Source: Haloferax volcanii DS2 (GTDB lineage: Archaea > Halobacteriota > Halobacteria > Halobacteriales > Haloferacaceae). From it: 32,000 bases of DNA. The stretch is from positions 540,001-572,000 of the forward strand of contig NC_013966.1 in NCBI RefSeq assembly GCF_000025685.1, read 5' to 3'. The translations under genes and the position numbers were made by a program. Shown here in pieces: positions 31,401-32,000 of the stretch (position 1 is its first letter; each line of letters starts with the position of its first letter). Below the pieces are notes generated by a model that was not told the DNA's origin, made no database searches, and was given only the letters and a program-made list of their open reading frames with translations.

Positions 31401-32000
31401 GGCAGCACCTCCGCGAAGACCGTGTCGTCGTAGCGTTTCGTCTCGACCTCGCGGGGGTCCGTGATTTCGCCGTACAGCGCGCTCGCGCCGACGGTCGCCG
31501 GACTCGACAGGTAGACCGACGACTCCATCGACCCCTCGCGGCCGGGGAAGTTCCGGTTCGCCGTGGCGAGACAGACGTCGCCGTCGCCGAGGACGCCCTG
31601 ATGGTAGCCCGCACAGGGGCCACAGCCGGCGCTCTGGATGACCGCGCCGGCGTCGGTGAGCGTCTGGAAGACGCCCGTCTGGAGCATGTGCTGGTAGACG
31701 GACTTCGAGGCGGGGACGACGACCAGCCGGACGTTCGGGGCGATGGTCTCGCCTTCGAGGATGTCAGCGACGACCTTGATGTCCTCGTACCGGCCGTTCG
31801 TGCAGGTGCCGACGAACAGCTGGTCGATTTCGGTGCCCGCGACCTCGGTCACGTCGACCGCGTTCTCGGGGTTCGACGGCTTCGAGACCTGCGGGGCGAG
31901 GGCGGCCGCGTCGTAGCTGTGGACCGCCTCGTAGTCGGCGTCGTCGTCGGAGACGAACGCGTCCCCGAGGTCGATTTCGTTCCCGGTCTGGCGTTCGAGG
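31397..32000 (-). CDS. leuC: 3-isopropylmalate dehydratase large subunit family (LeuC/aconitase catalytic), N-terminus beyond the right window edge
   Basis: ...QLFVGTCTNGRYEDI...SAGCGPCAGYHQGVL...ATANRNFPGREGS...VYLSSPATVGASALYG are aconitase-family Fe-S cluster and substrate motifs. My translation upstream of 31852 stays open to position 32000 (...DYEAVHSYDAAALAPQVSKPSNPENAVDV). Confidence 0.92.
   Translation of the reverse strand, partial: LERQTGNEIDLGDAFVSDDDADYEAVHSYDAAALAPQVSKPSNPENAVDVTEVAGTEIDQLFVGTCTNGRYEDIKVVADILEGETIAPNVRLVVVPASKSVYQHMLQTGVFQTLTDAGAVIQSAGCGPCAGYHQGVLGDGDVCLATANRNFPGREGSMESSVYLSSPATVGASALYGEITDPREVETKRYDDTVFAEVLP

Overview
GC-rich window (roughly two-thirds G+C by eye, not computed), gene-dense, with haloarchaeal hallmarks. 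Predicted proteins are very acidic. Secreted proteins carry twin-arginine signals and lipoboxes. Short AT-rich TATA-like boxes sit about 25-30 nt upstream of start codons, suggesting leaderless mRNAs. Nearly every real gene has a long Arg/Pro/Gly-rich antisense shadow ORF. I support 29 protein-coding genes and see no rRNA, tRNA, CRISPR array, transposase or integrase.

Genes, left to right:
- Partial hydantoinase/oxoprolinase A subunit, translationally coupled to an NRAMP transporter, with an RHH-domain protein upstream.
- A receiver-domain protein carrying decayed histidine-kinase remnants.
- Three paralogous Tat-lipoprotein ABC substrate-binding proteins with no permease or ATPase in the window.
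- Two small membrane proteins, a TetR regulator, an SDR, a DUF1028 protein, DoxX and a NosL-like lipoprotein.
- A multi-PAS/GAF histidine kinase with a degenerate receiver.
- An acyl-CoA synthetase, a stand-alone cobQ, two MFS transporters, a LUD-domain protein and a 47-aa zinc-finger micro-protein.
- A complete, fully overlapping hutU-hutG-hutI-hutH operon with a divergent HTH_10 regulator.
- A VOC/glyoxalase protein and leuD plus partial leuC.

The strongest unexplained signal is a 16-bp palindrome, TTTAGG-N4-CCTAAA. It occurs five times, only in the promoters of the three paralogous binding-protein genes, in a conserved proximal-plus-distal layout. In the divergent pair the middle site lies exactly midway between the two start codons.

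Other second-look items are a perfect 30-bp tandem repeat that places an 11-mer at 10/20-bp phasing, several 9-bp tandem repeats, palindrome clusters in divergent promoters, and decayed or degenerate two-component domains. All functional calls come from reading translated sequence; no database search was run.
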